IMG/VR virus record: IMGVR_UViG_3300043399_000272
Coordinates: 124,001 to 188,000 of that record
DNA: 64,000 nt
Direction: 5' to 3' (one strand)
Part shown: positions 56,526-64,000 of the stretch, in pieces
Layout: every line of letters starts with the position of its first letter
Numbering within the stretch: the first letter of the stretch is position 1
Notes under the pieces: generated by a model
Told to the model about the DNA's origin: nothing
Databases searched by the model: none
What the model saw: the letters and a program-made list of their open reading frames with translations, nothing else
Position numbers and translations under genes: made by a program

Positions 56526-58073
56526 ATGAGTGGAACTCCTGCACTAATCAAAACACCCTATCAAAAGACTAAGTTTAAAAGTGATAAGGAACTTGAAGAT
56601 TTTATAAAATGCTGTGACCCTAACACGGGTCCAATGTATTTTATGGATAACTTTTTTATGATTCAGCACCCTACTAAAGGTAGTATGAATTATCATCCAT
56701 GGGACTATCAAAAAAGACTAATCGAGACATATCACAAATATAGATATTCTATTAGTTTAATGCCTCGACAAACTGGTAAGTCAACATCGGCTGCTGGATA
56801 CTTGTTATGGTATGCAATGTTCGTTCCAGACAGTACTATTCTTATAGCAGCACACAAATATACAGGTGCACAAGAAATTATGCAGCGTATTCGTTATGCA
56901 TACGAAGCCTGCCCCGATCACATCAAAGCAGGTGTCACTACATACAACAAAGGGTCGTTAGATTTTGAAAACGGGTCTCGCATTGTATCAGCGACTACGA
57001 CTGAAAATACAGGTCGTGGTATGTCTATTACACTTTTATACCTAGACGAATTTGCGTTCGTTCGACCTACAATTGCTTCTGAATTCTGGACATCTATCAC
57101 ACCAACACTGGCAACTGGTGGTAAAGCAATTATCACAAGTACGCCCAACTCCGACGAAGATCAATTTGCACTGATTTGGAAGCAAGCTAACAAATGTGAA
57201 GACTCGTACGGTAACAAAACAGAATTAGGTATAAACGGTTTCAAAGCATATCGTTCATATTGGCAAGAGCACCCTGATAGAGATGATCAATGGGCTGCTC
57301 AAATGAAAGCGCAATTAGGCGAAGACAGATTCAGACGAGAAATAGGTTGTGAATTTATTATTGCAGACGAAACTCTAATCGCCCCCACAACACTATTAGA
57401 TTTAGAAGGTATAGAACCTATACATCGTCAAGGTCAAATCAGGTGGTATAAAAAGCCCGAAAAAGGAAATATATATGTTGTTGCACTAGACCCCGCTGTA
57501 GGTACAGGCGGAGATAATGCAGCTATTCAAGTGTATGAAGCTAACACCACAACACAAGTGGGTGAATGGAAGCACAATAAAACCGACATACCTTCACAAA
57601 TACGATTGATTGCTGACATAAACAAATACATTGTAGAATGTACTAATGAGCCTGATAACATATATTATTCTGTAGAAGTCAACGGTGTCGGTGAGGCCGC
57701 GCTCGTTAGCTTAAATGAATTCGGGTATCACAATATTCCTGGTATATTTTTAAGTGAACCTGGAAGGAAGAAACGCGGATTTAATACTACTAACAAGAGT
57801 AAACTTACAGCATGTGCTAAGTTCAAAACTTTAGTAGAAAGCAGAAAGATGACCATAAACAGCAGAAGTTTAGTGTCAGAATTGAAAAACTTCATAGCTA
57901 TGGGCGGTAGCTATCAAGCTAAAATCGGAGAATCAGATGATTTAGTTACTTCTACTTTACTAGTTGTTAGGATATTTCAGCAGTTAAGTGATTTTAACTA
58001 CGCTTTAGATCAACATATACGTGACCATGACGAGATAATAGAACCCTTGCCGTTCTTCGCAGTTCTCGGGTAA
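56526..58073 (+). CDS. terL: Terminase large subunit (T4 gp17-like)
   Basis: PRQTGKST, RG.S..LLYLDEFAFV, ITSTPN, F.RE..CEF, ALDPA.G.GGD, DDLV. Confidence 0.95.
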   Translation: MSGTPALIKTPYQKTKFKSDKELEDFIKCCDPNTGPMYFMDNFFMIQHPTKGSMNYHPWDYQKRLIETYHKYRYSISLMPRQTGKSTSAAGYLLWYAMFVPDSTILIAAHKYTGAQEIMQRIRYAYEACPDHIKAGVTTYNKGSLDFENGSRIVSATTTENTGRGMSITLLYLDEFAFVRPTIASEFWTSITPTLATGGKAIITSTPNSDEDQFALIWKQANKCEDSYGNKTELGINGFKAYRSYWQEHPDRDDQWAAQMKAQLGEDRFRREIGCEFIIADETLIAPTTLLDLEGIEPIHRQGQIRWYKKPEKGNIYVVALDPAVGTGGDNAAIQVYEANTTTQVGEWKHNKTDIPSQIRLIADINKYIVECTNEPDNIYYSVEVNGVGEAALVSLNEFGYHNIPGIFLSEPGRKKRGFNTTNKSKLTACAKFKTLVESRKMTINSRSLVSELKNFIAMGGSYQAKIGESDDLVTSTLLVVRIFQQLSDFNYALDQHIRDHDEIIEPLPFFAVLG

Positions 58074-58102
58074 TTGATAAATAATAGATAAAGAGAATAA
58101 CT

Positions 58103-59545
58103 ATGTCTATACGAAAAGAAAACCTCAACCGAGAATTATATGGATTTTTAAAGTCTCACGGATACAAACCACATGGATTTTTAAGCTCCGGTGAAAGTTC
58201 CGGAGTTCCTGAAAAAGCCGACTTTTTCCAATTTGACTTTGTTTATGATGGTAAAACATACGGTAAAATTTCAGTTTCCATTGACGGTTCTGGAAACATG
58301 GTTGTTTATATAGGCAACGATGTCGAAGACGCTCCTAAAGCAGACTCACATGATAGTATAGGACTTGATTCACTAAGAAGATACTTGTCAAAGTTTAGAT
58401 ATTCTAAGGCTTTAAAATCTTTTACATACGCCGACAATGATGATTTGGAACCTGACATGAAGAAAAGAGAACATGATAAACAAGAGAGTTTAGTAGAAGG
58501 CTATTATCCAGTTAACAAGAAAACTAGCTACAGCGACAACGTTCCTGCTACTAAGATTATCATTCAACATTCACGGGTAATGGAAGAAGGTGATCAACGC
58601 TATCGTGCTGTAGAAAAGATTTTTGTAGAGAATATGCAAGGTGAGAGATTCCTTTTACCTACAACTAAGCCAGGAATAGCTCGTGTATATGCAAGACATA
58701 TCAGTGAAGGTGGTACACCGTATGATGAAAGAGGTCTACACATAACCAGTTTATGTGAAGAATATTCAAAAATGGCTGGTTTTGTAAGAGCAACAAAGAA
58801 CAAGCAGTTCAATGAATCTGTGCAACCATTAGTGCTTGAAGGTATTAACCATTACAACCATTTGCGTGAAACTCTACACAAAATGTCAGGCAAAAGAGGT
58901 TACACAGAATACTTCAACAACTATAAACCTGCATTGTTGGAAGACGAGAACACAGAAGATTTAACTGAGATGTTCAAGGAATCAACTTTAGACCCAAGAA
59001 TAGCAAATGTCATACAAGTATTAGCTAAACTAAAAAAGAATGCTCCAATGCACAAACCATTGAAGCAAGTTAATGAATTAGAAAATTGGGCAGACCAAGT
59101 TATCGAAGGTGAGCCAGGCGACCTAGAAACAGAATTAGAAAAACAAGAATACGAACAGGATCGTGCTAGAGATGAGTATGCCGAAAAATCCATGAACGAT
59201 AAAGACGAAAATGTTGATGAAGCTGTTGAAAAAATTGCTGGTAGATATGATCCAGTTGAGTTTGATGAAAAGATAAAAAGATTAAAGGCTTTGGCAAAAA
59301 AGAATCCAGTTGACACTGCTAAACTTGCACAATTACTTCGCCAAGCAACTGAAAAAGAAAAAAACAAAGAAGTACAAGAAGCTGGTCCTGCGGGTAAACC
59401 GGGTGACTACTTCGATGACGAAACAGTTAGTACAGGCCCTATTTTAGGTCATGAGCCACAGACGCAGCATGGATTACGTGGCAAACTAGTAGGTGAATCA
59501 GAAGATTTATTGAGAATCAAACAACTTTCAGGATTACAAAAATGA
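58103..59545 (+). CDS. Hypothetical acidic head-associated/late protein
   Basis: Follows terL and TAAATA; several (L/V)xE motifs; ends LLRIKQLSGL. Confidence 0.6.
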   Translation: MSIRKENLNRELYGFLKSHGYKPHGFLSSGESSGVPEKADFFQFDFVYDGKTYGKISVSIDGSGNMVVYIGNDVEDAPKADSHDSIGLDSLRRYLSKFRYSKALKSFTYADNDDLEPDMKKREHDKQESLVEGYYPVNKKTSYSDNVPATKIIIQHSRVMEEGDQRYRAVEKIFVENMQGERFLLPTTKPGIARVYARHISEGGTPYDERGLHITSLCEEYSKMAGFVRATKNKQFNESVQPLVLEGINHYNHLRETLHKMSGKRGYTEYFNNYKPALLEDENTEDLTEMFKESTLDPRIANVIQVLAKLKKNAPMHKPLKQVNELENWADQVIEGEPGDLETELEKQEYEQDRARDEYAEKSMNDKDENVDEAVEKIAGRYDPVEFDEKIKRLKALAKKNPVDTAKLAQLLRQATEKEKNKEVQEAGPAGKPGDYFDDETVSTGPILGHEPQTQHGLRGKLVGESEDLLRIKQLSGLQK

Positions 59546-60993
59546 AAGAATTACTTGAACTAGAACAATGGGCTGAGAATATTGTAGCCAATGAGGCTGT
59601 ACAAGATAGACCTTTGGCTAGAAGTCAAGATATTCAATATCAAGCAAGTAGAGAATACCCAGATCGTAGTCCTGAACAAGCTCTGCAATTGTATGTTGCT
59701 AATAAACTTGCAGCAACAGAAAAAATGGATTTAGATCAGAACAGACTAATTAACTCCCAAAAACGTGAAAATGAAAAATTACGTAGAAGCCTACAAGATT
59801 TAAGCCAAGACCTCAATAATCATGAGAAACAAGCTACCGACACCGGCGCAGAAATTGAACGCTTAAAGGCATTAAGTGCTAAATTAAAGCCTGCGGGAGA
59901 AATTCAGAAACAAGCTGCTAAAGCTAGTGCAGACAAAGTAGAAGCAATGTTAGCTGACTTAGAAAAAGTTAAAGTTGTTCCTGGTATGGATGAGAAGAAA
60001 TACAAAGAACTTTCTGATAAAGTTGATAAAATAAAAAACAATGCCGGAAACGAAGAAATAGCCAAAGTACAAAAAGCATTACAGCAAATGTCGCAACAAC
60101 AAAGTATAGACAACAATTTGTTTGACAACGTAATGCAACAGCTAACTAATACACAAGAACAGTTAGATGCTAAAGAAGCAAGGTTCAAAAAATACATAGA
60201 GAAAAAATCCAGTGAGATTACTTCTACTACACAAAGTCATGGCGAAGAATTAAAAAAATATGCTGACATTGTAAACAAATACAAAGATGATGTAGAATCT
60301 TTTAAAAATTACATGGACACTACTCGCAAAGAAGTAGCAAATACTAAAGCAGAAGTAGACCAACTTAAGAAAGATGCGGAGAATAAGATGCAAGAATTAG
60401 AATTCTTGTCTCCGACATTAAAGAAATTTGCAATGCAGAAGCCAGGTGAGGCGCCAACGCAGTCTTCTGATTTCAGCAGTGATAGAGCCTTCAAACAAGC
60501 AATGTCAGCAGCATCACCTGCTGCCGAACCAGCAACTAAATTGGCTATACAGAGTAAAAAAGATTTGCAAAATTTAGAAAAAGACTCAGAGATCCAGAGG
60601 AGCTATGCTATGGCTGCAACACCGACTGATAAGTTTGACTTGGATAAGTTAGACGAAAACCTTAAAAACAACAGTAACCCTGAATTTGTTGAATGGGCTA
60701 ACAAAAACATTCCAGTAGCATTAAGAATGTTTTTCAATCGTTATCCTGAATTAGAATCAATTTACGCTTTGGAACAAGTGCAAGCAGTAATGAGTGAGTA
60801 TTTCCCGTATCTATATCAATACGATGAGATTGATATGGAGACTATGAATAAGTTCTTAGACTTTATTAAAAATAAGATCAAGGCTCAACCAATTCAACCT
60901 ATGCAAAAGAGTTTGTTCGATAATTTAGCAGAAGCATATGAAACATCTTTGGATAAATTGATTGGGTTAGATTACATAAAAACCCATAGATAA
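59542..60993 (+). CDS. Coiled-coil protein
   Basis: Long K/E/Q-rich heptad region; ATGA-coupled. Confidence 0.6.
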   Translation: MKELLELEQWAENIVANEAVQDRPLARSQDIQYQASREYPDRSPEQALQLYVANKLAATEKMDLDQNRLINSQKRENEKLRRSLQDLSQDLNNHEKQATDTGAEIERLKALSAKLKPAGEIQKQAAKASADKVEAMLADLEKVKVVPGMDEKKYKELSDKVDKIKNNAGNEEIAKVQKALQQMSQQQSIDNNLFDNVMQQLTNTQEQLDAKEARFKKYIEKKSSEITSTTQSHGEELKKYADIVNKYKDDVESFKNYMDTTRKEVANTKAEVDQLKKDAENKMQELEFLSPTLKKFAMQKPGEAPTQSSDFSSDRAFKQAMSAASPAAEPATKLAIQSKKDLQNLEKDSEIQRSYAMAATPTDKFDLDKLDENLKNNSNPEFVEWANKNIPVALRMFFNRYPELESIYALEQVQAVMSEYFPYLYQYDEIDMETMNKFLDFIKNKIKAQPIQPMQKSLFDNLAEAYETSLDKLIGLDYIKTHR

Positions 60994-61026
60994 AAATATA
61001 TTTTCCCTTTATTGGCATAAATAATA

Positions 61027-61055
61027 TTGACGCAGGAGTTATTACTCGCTATAAT
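61027..61055 (+). promoter_or_regulatory. sigma70 promoter of the SSB gene
   Basis: TTGACG-17-TATAAT. Confidence 0.8.
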
Positions 61056-61132
61056 AACTTTTGTGTTAGTCACTCACAGGGAGTGGCGAATATTAAAACA
61101 GAGACCATCTCAATTTTTAAGGAAAATATATT

Positions 61133-62134
61133 ATGGCAAGTCTAAGCGAAATCCGCGCTCGTATCGCAGCGCAAGAAAACAAATCCCAAAACAAAAACAC
61201 AACTGCACAAGGTGATGGAGCCACGTATCCACACTGGAACATGGATGAAGGCCTAACAGCTACTATCCGTTTTCTTCCCGATGCAGACAGTAAAAATACT
61301 TTCTTCTGGGTAGAACGTCAAATTATCAAACTTCCGTTTAACGGCGTGAAGGGTGATCCAAATATGAAACGTGTTGAAGTACAAGTACCATGTATGGAAA
61401 TGTATGGTGACGTTTGTCCTATCTTGGCAGAAGTTCGTCCTTGGTATAAGGATGAAAGTCTAAAAGAAATGGCAAACAAATACTGGAAGAAGCGTAGTTA
61501 TTTGTTCCAAGGCTTTGTACGACAAAACCCATTGGGTGACGATAAAACCCCAGCAAATCCTATTCGCCGATTCATTATCAGCCCACAAATCTTCACTATC
61601 ATCAAGTCCAGTTTGATGGATCCTGAAATGGAAGAATTGCCAACTGACTACATGCGTGGTCTTGACTTCAACATTAAGAAGACCAGCAAAGGCGGCTATG
61701 CTGATTACAGCACTAGTAATTGGGCACGTAAAGAATCTGCCCTCACCGAAGCAGAACAATCTGCTATCGAAGCACATGGGCTATTTAATCTAGCAGATTT
61801 CTTGCCCAAGAAACCCACAGACGCAGAATTGCGTGTCATCAAAGAAATGTTCGAGGCATCTGTTGACGGTCAACCGTATGACGTTGAACGTTGGGGTGCA
61901 TATTACAAGCCCTTCGGTGTTGAAGCACCTGCAGGAGCGACAGCGGCTACAACACAAGCAGCACCGACCGTGGCTGCACCCGCGACAGCACCCGTAGCAG
62001 AATCTACTCCCCCGTTTGATGCTGACGAACCAGTCCAAGCAAGTTCTCCTGTTGAAGTTCCTAAAACAAGCGGAACATCAAGCGACAAAGCACAAGACAT
62101 CCTAGCGATGATTCGTGCTAGACAAGCGAAGTAA
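61133..62134 (+). CDS. Single-stranded DNA-binding protein (T4 gp32-like)
   Basis: IRFLP, C...G..CP, YWKKRSY, G.DF.I.K..KGGYADY..S.W; adjacent to uvsX. Confidence 0.85.
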   Translation: MASLSEIRARIAAQENKSQNKNTTAQGDGATYPHWNMDEGLTATIRFLPDADSKNTFFWVERQIIKLPFNGVKGDPNMKRVEVQVPCMEMYGDVCPILAEVRPWYKDESLKEMANKYWKKRSYLFQGFVRQNPLGDDKTPANPIRRFIISPQIFTIIKSSLMDPEMEELPTDYMRGLDFNIKKTSKGGYADYSTSNWARKESALTEAEQSAIEAHGLFNLADFLPKKPTDAELRVIKEMFEASVDGQPYDVERWGAYYKPFGVEAPAGATAATTQAAPTVAAPATAPVAESTPPFDADEPVQASSPVEVPKTSGTSSDKAQDILAMIRARQAK

Positions 62135-62136
62135 AA

Positions 62137-62158
62137 TCTAGGGGCTACGGCCCCTAGA
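62137..62158 (+). other. Stable cUACGg-capped hairpin (attenuator or mRNA end)
   Basis: TCTAGGGGC-TACG-GCCCCTAGA without a full U-tract. Confidence 0.6.
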
Positions 62159-62173
62159 CTTAAGGAGAAATCT

Positions 62174-62428
62174 ATGACATTACCGGACGAACGCTACCGT
62201 GCCCTTAAGCAAGGTAAAAAATTATTAGAGGAGTTATGTGACCCCGGTCGCACCCCTCGTGTCCCTAGTATTATCAGAGATAAAGCAAGAGGTGCATTGC
62301 GCCATTTCCCACAAGATTGGGAAATCGATGCGTTAGCAGATAAATGCCCAGATATGCTTGATAAAGTATCATTTACTGATAAACTATTACAAAAACAACT
62401 TGGAGATAAAATTGGCAAAACCATTTGA
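62174..62428 (+). CDS. Hypothetical protein (BPSL0761-like)
   Basis: MTLPDER.RA......L..L...TPRVP..IR..A...LRHFP. Confidence 0.65.
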   Translation: MTLPDERYRALKQGKKLLEELCDPGRTPRVPSIIRDKARGALRHFPQDWEIDALADKCPDMLDKVSFTDKLLQKQLGDKIGKTI

Positions 62429-63482
62429 TGTAAGCAAATTTAGAAAAGACATTACTAAAAGTATTGAAGGATTGAGCATTGGATTTAACGACCCTACAGA
62501 TTGGGTATCTACAGGAAATTACGCTCTTAATTATCTCATTAGTGGTGATTTTAACAAAGGTGTTCCTTTGGGCAAAGTCACTGTATTCGCTGGCGAATCT
62601 GGATCTGGTAAAAGCTACATCTGTAGTGGTAACTTGGTTCGTCACGCTCAGGAACAAGGTATTTTCGTTGTTCTAGTCGATAGCGAAAACGCATTGGATG
62701 AGGAGTGGTTGCGTAATTTAGGTGTAGATACATCAGAAGATAAACTACTAAAACTTAACATGGCTATGATTGATGACGTAGCCAAGACGATTTCAGAATT
62801 TATGAAATCATACAAAACACTACCAGCAGAAGACAAACCTAAAGTATTGTTCATCATTGACTCACTGGGTATGTTGTTGACTCCTACTGACGTTAATCAG
62901 TTTGAAGCAGGTGATATGAAAGGTGACATGGGTCGTAAGCCTAAAGCATTGACTGCACTTGTTCGCAATTGTGTTAACATGTTCGGTAGTCATAACGTAG
63001 GTCTAGTTGCTACTAATCACACATATGCTTCACAGGATATGTTTGATCCTGATGATAAGATTTCAGGTGGTCAGGGTTTCATCTACGCAAGTTCAATTGT
63101 TGTTGCTATGCGTAAACTAAAACTCAAGGAAGACGAAGACGGTAACAAGGTTAGTGAAGTGCGAGGTATTCGTTCAGCCTGTAAGGTTATGAAAACTCGT
63201 TATGCAAAGCCCTTTGAATCTGTTCAAGTTAAGATTCCTTATGAGACTGGTATGAATCCTTATTCTGGACTACTTGACTTGTTCGAAGGTCAAGGTCTAT
63301 TGACTAAAGAAGGCAATCGTTTGGCATACACAACTGAAGACGGTGAAGTATTGAAATCATTCCGTAAGGGATGGGAATCTAACGATGATGGTTGCCTTGA
63401 TAAAGTGATGGAAGAATTCCAGAAAAAAAATGCAAATAAGCTAAGTACTGTTACTGCCGATGAAGGAGCGGCGACAGAATGA
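62412..63482 (+). CDS. uvsX: RecA/UvsX recombinase (TTG start)
   Basis: GESGSGKS, DSENA, IIDSLG, NHTY, SGG.G..YASS, KTR; GGAGA SD before TTG 62412. Confidence 0.93.
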   Translation: MAKPFDVSKFRKDITKSIEGLSIGFNDPTDWVSTGNYALNYLISGDFNKGVPLGKVTVFAGESGSGKSYICSGNLVRHAQEQGIFVVLVDSENALDEEWLRNLGVDTSEDKLLKLNMAMIDDVAKTISEFMKSYKTLPAEDKPKVLFIIDSLGMLLTPTDVNQFEAGDMKGDMGRKPKALTALVRNCVNMFGSHNVGLVATNHTYASQDMFDPDDKISGGQGFIYASSIVVAMRKLKLKEDEDGNKVSEVRGIRSACKVMKTRYAKPFESVQVKIPYETGMNPYSGLLDLFEGQGLLTKEGNRLAYTTEDGEVLKSFRKGWESNDDGCLDKVMEEFQKKNANKLSTVTADEGAATE

Positions 63483-63736
63483 GTTTAGACTTGGTAACTG
63501 AAGTATGGGATGTTCTACGATCCCACATTGATTTTAATGAACGAGGCGATGCGGCTGACACACTCGTTAATTTTCTAATTGATAACAACTACGAGGCAGA
63601 GGATATCAAAGATGCCTTTAGGGGTGACAAAGAGATTATTACCGCAGTGAAAGATTACTTGTCTCAACATGAAGATGAACTAGAGTATGAAGATGAAGAT
63701 TACTACGGTGATTCGGATGACGATGAATGGGATTAA
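63479..63736 (+). CDS. Hypothetical acidic protein
   Basis: ATGA-coupled to uvsX. Confidence 0.65.
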   Translation: MSLDLVTEVWDVLRSHIDFNERGDAADTLVNFLIDNNYEAEDIKDAFRGDKEIITAVKDYLSQHEDELEYEDEDYYGDSDDDEWD

Positions 63737-64000
63737 ATGAACTGGTACACACGCATAACACAAAACTTAGGCGTGCTACCCGATTTCATTCTTCACTATG
63801 AGAATGAACTTCTCGGGGCGAAGAACGAGGTTAAAATTTTTGGCAATGTTGAAAAGAACATTGCCAATTTACCCGGTATCACTGAGCACCGTTTTAATCA
63901 ACTACAAGAAATTGAGGCTGTACTAAACTTCCTCAACATTCAACTTCGGAAAATTCGCCGAAAGCATTTTCAAAAATATTTAGAAGCGTATAATAGAGTA
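63737..64000 (+). CDS. Probable UvsY-like recombination mediator, 3'-partial
   Basis: MNWYTRIT...LPGITEHRFNQLQEIEAVL...KYLE.YNR; helical, next to uvsX and SSB. Confidence 0.55.
   Translation, partial: MNWYTRITQNLGVLPDFILHYENELLGAKNEVKIFGNVEKNIANLPGITEHRFNQLQEIEAVLNFLNIQLRKIRRKHFQKYLEAYNRV

Noticed and set aside
1-64000. Genome-wide TAG or TGA recoding
   Set aside because: Coding density is high under code 11, conserved enzymes are intact, and TGA is used in many ATGA overlaps.

Overview
This is a 64 kb segment of a large, AT-rich, T4-like (myovirus/jumbo-type) dsDNA phage read in genetic code 11. The host is probably Gram-negative, plausibly betaproteobacterial; this is inferred from the spanin lipoprotein, an outer-membrane barrel, and the style of PstS, AhpCD and the tmRNA tag. 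From left to right: (1) a giant, 5'-truncated virion protein and tail/baseplate genes (1-14.7 kb); (2) a 13 kb coupled operon of glycosyltransferase-like proteins, four radical SAM enzymes, an SGNH-like protein and a carbamoyltransferase (14.8-28 kb); (3) small enzymes with T4 capsid-targeting-like N-termini; (4) a circularly permuted two-piece tmRNA flanked by duplicated fragments of itself and an HNH gene; (5) an outer-membrane barrel, Pho-box-controlled pstS and an AhpC/AhpD redox island; (6) an amber-suppressor-type tRNA(CUA) hidden inside a CDS, about 250 nt upstream of a gene with an in-frame TAG at codon 3; (7) an inverted tail-fibre/propeller cassette; (8) an early region with sigma70 promoters and a MoxR-vWA pair; (9) folA, thyA, an epimerase, spanins and a nuclease; (10) a protein with a ubiquitin-like domain, the terminase large subunit, gp32-like SSB, UvsX/RecA and UvsY. 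The strongest candidates for an undescribed system are the nested amber suppressor with its amber-gated neighbour, the permuted-tmRNA locus and the ubiquitin-like/ILEI fusion. All calls come from reading motifs by eye; no database searches were run.
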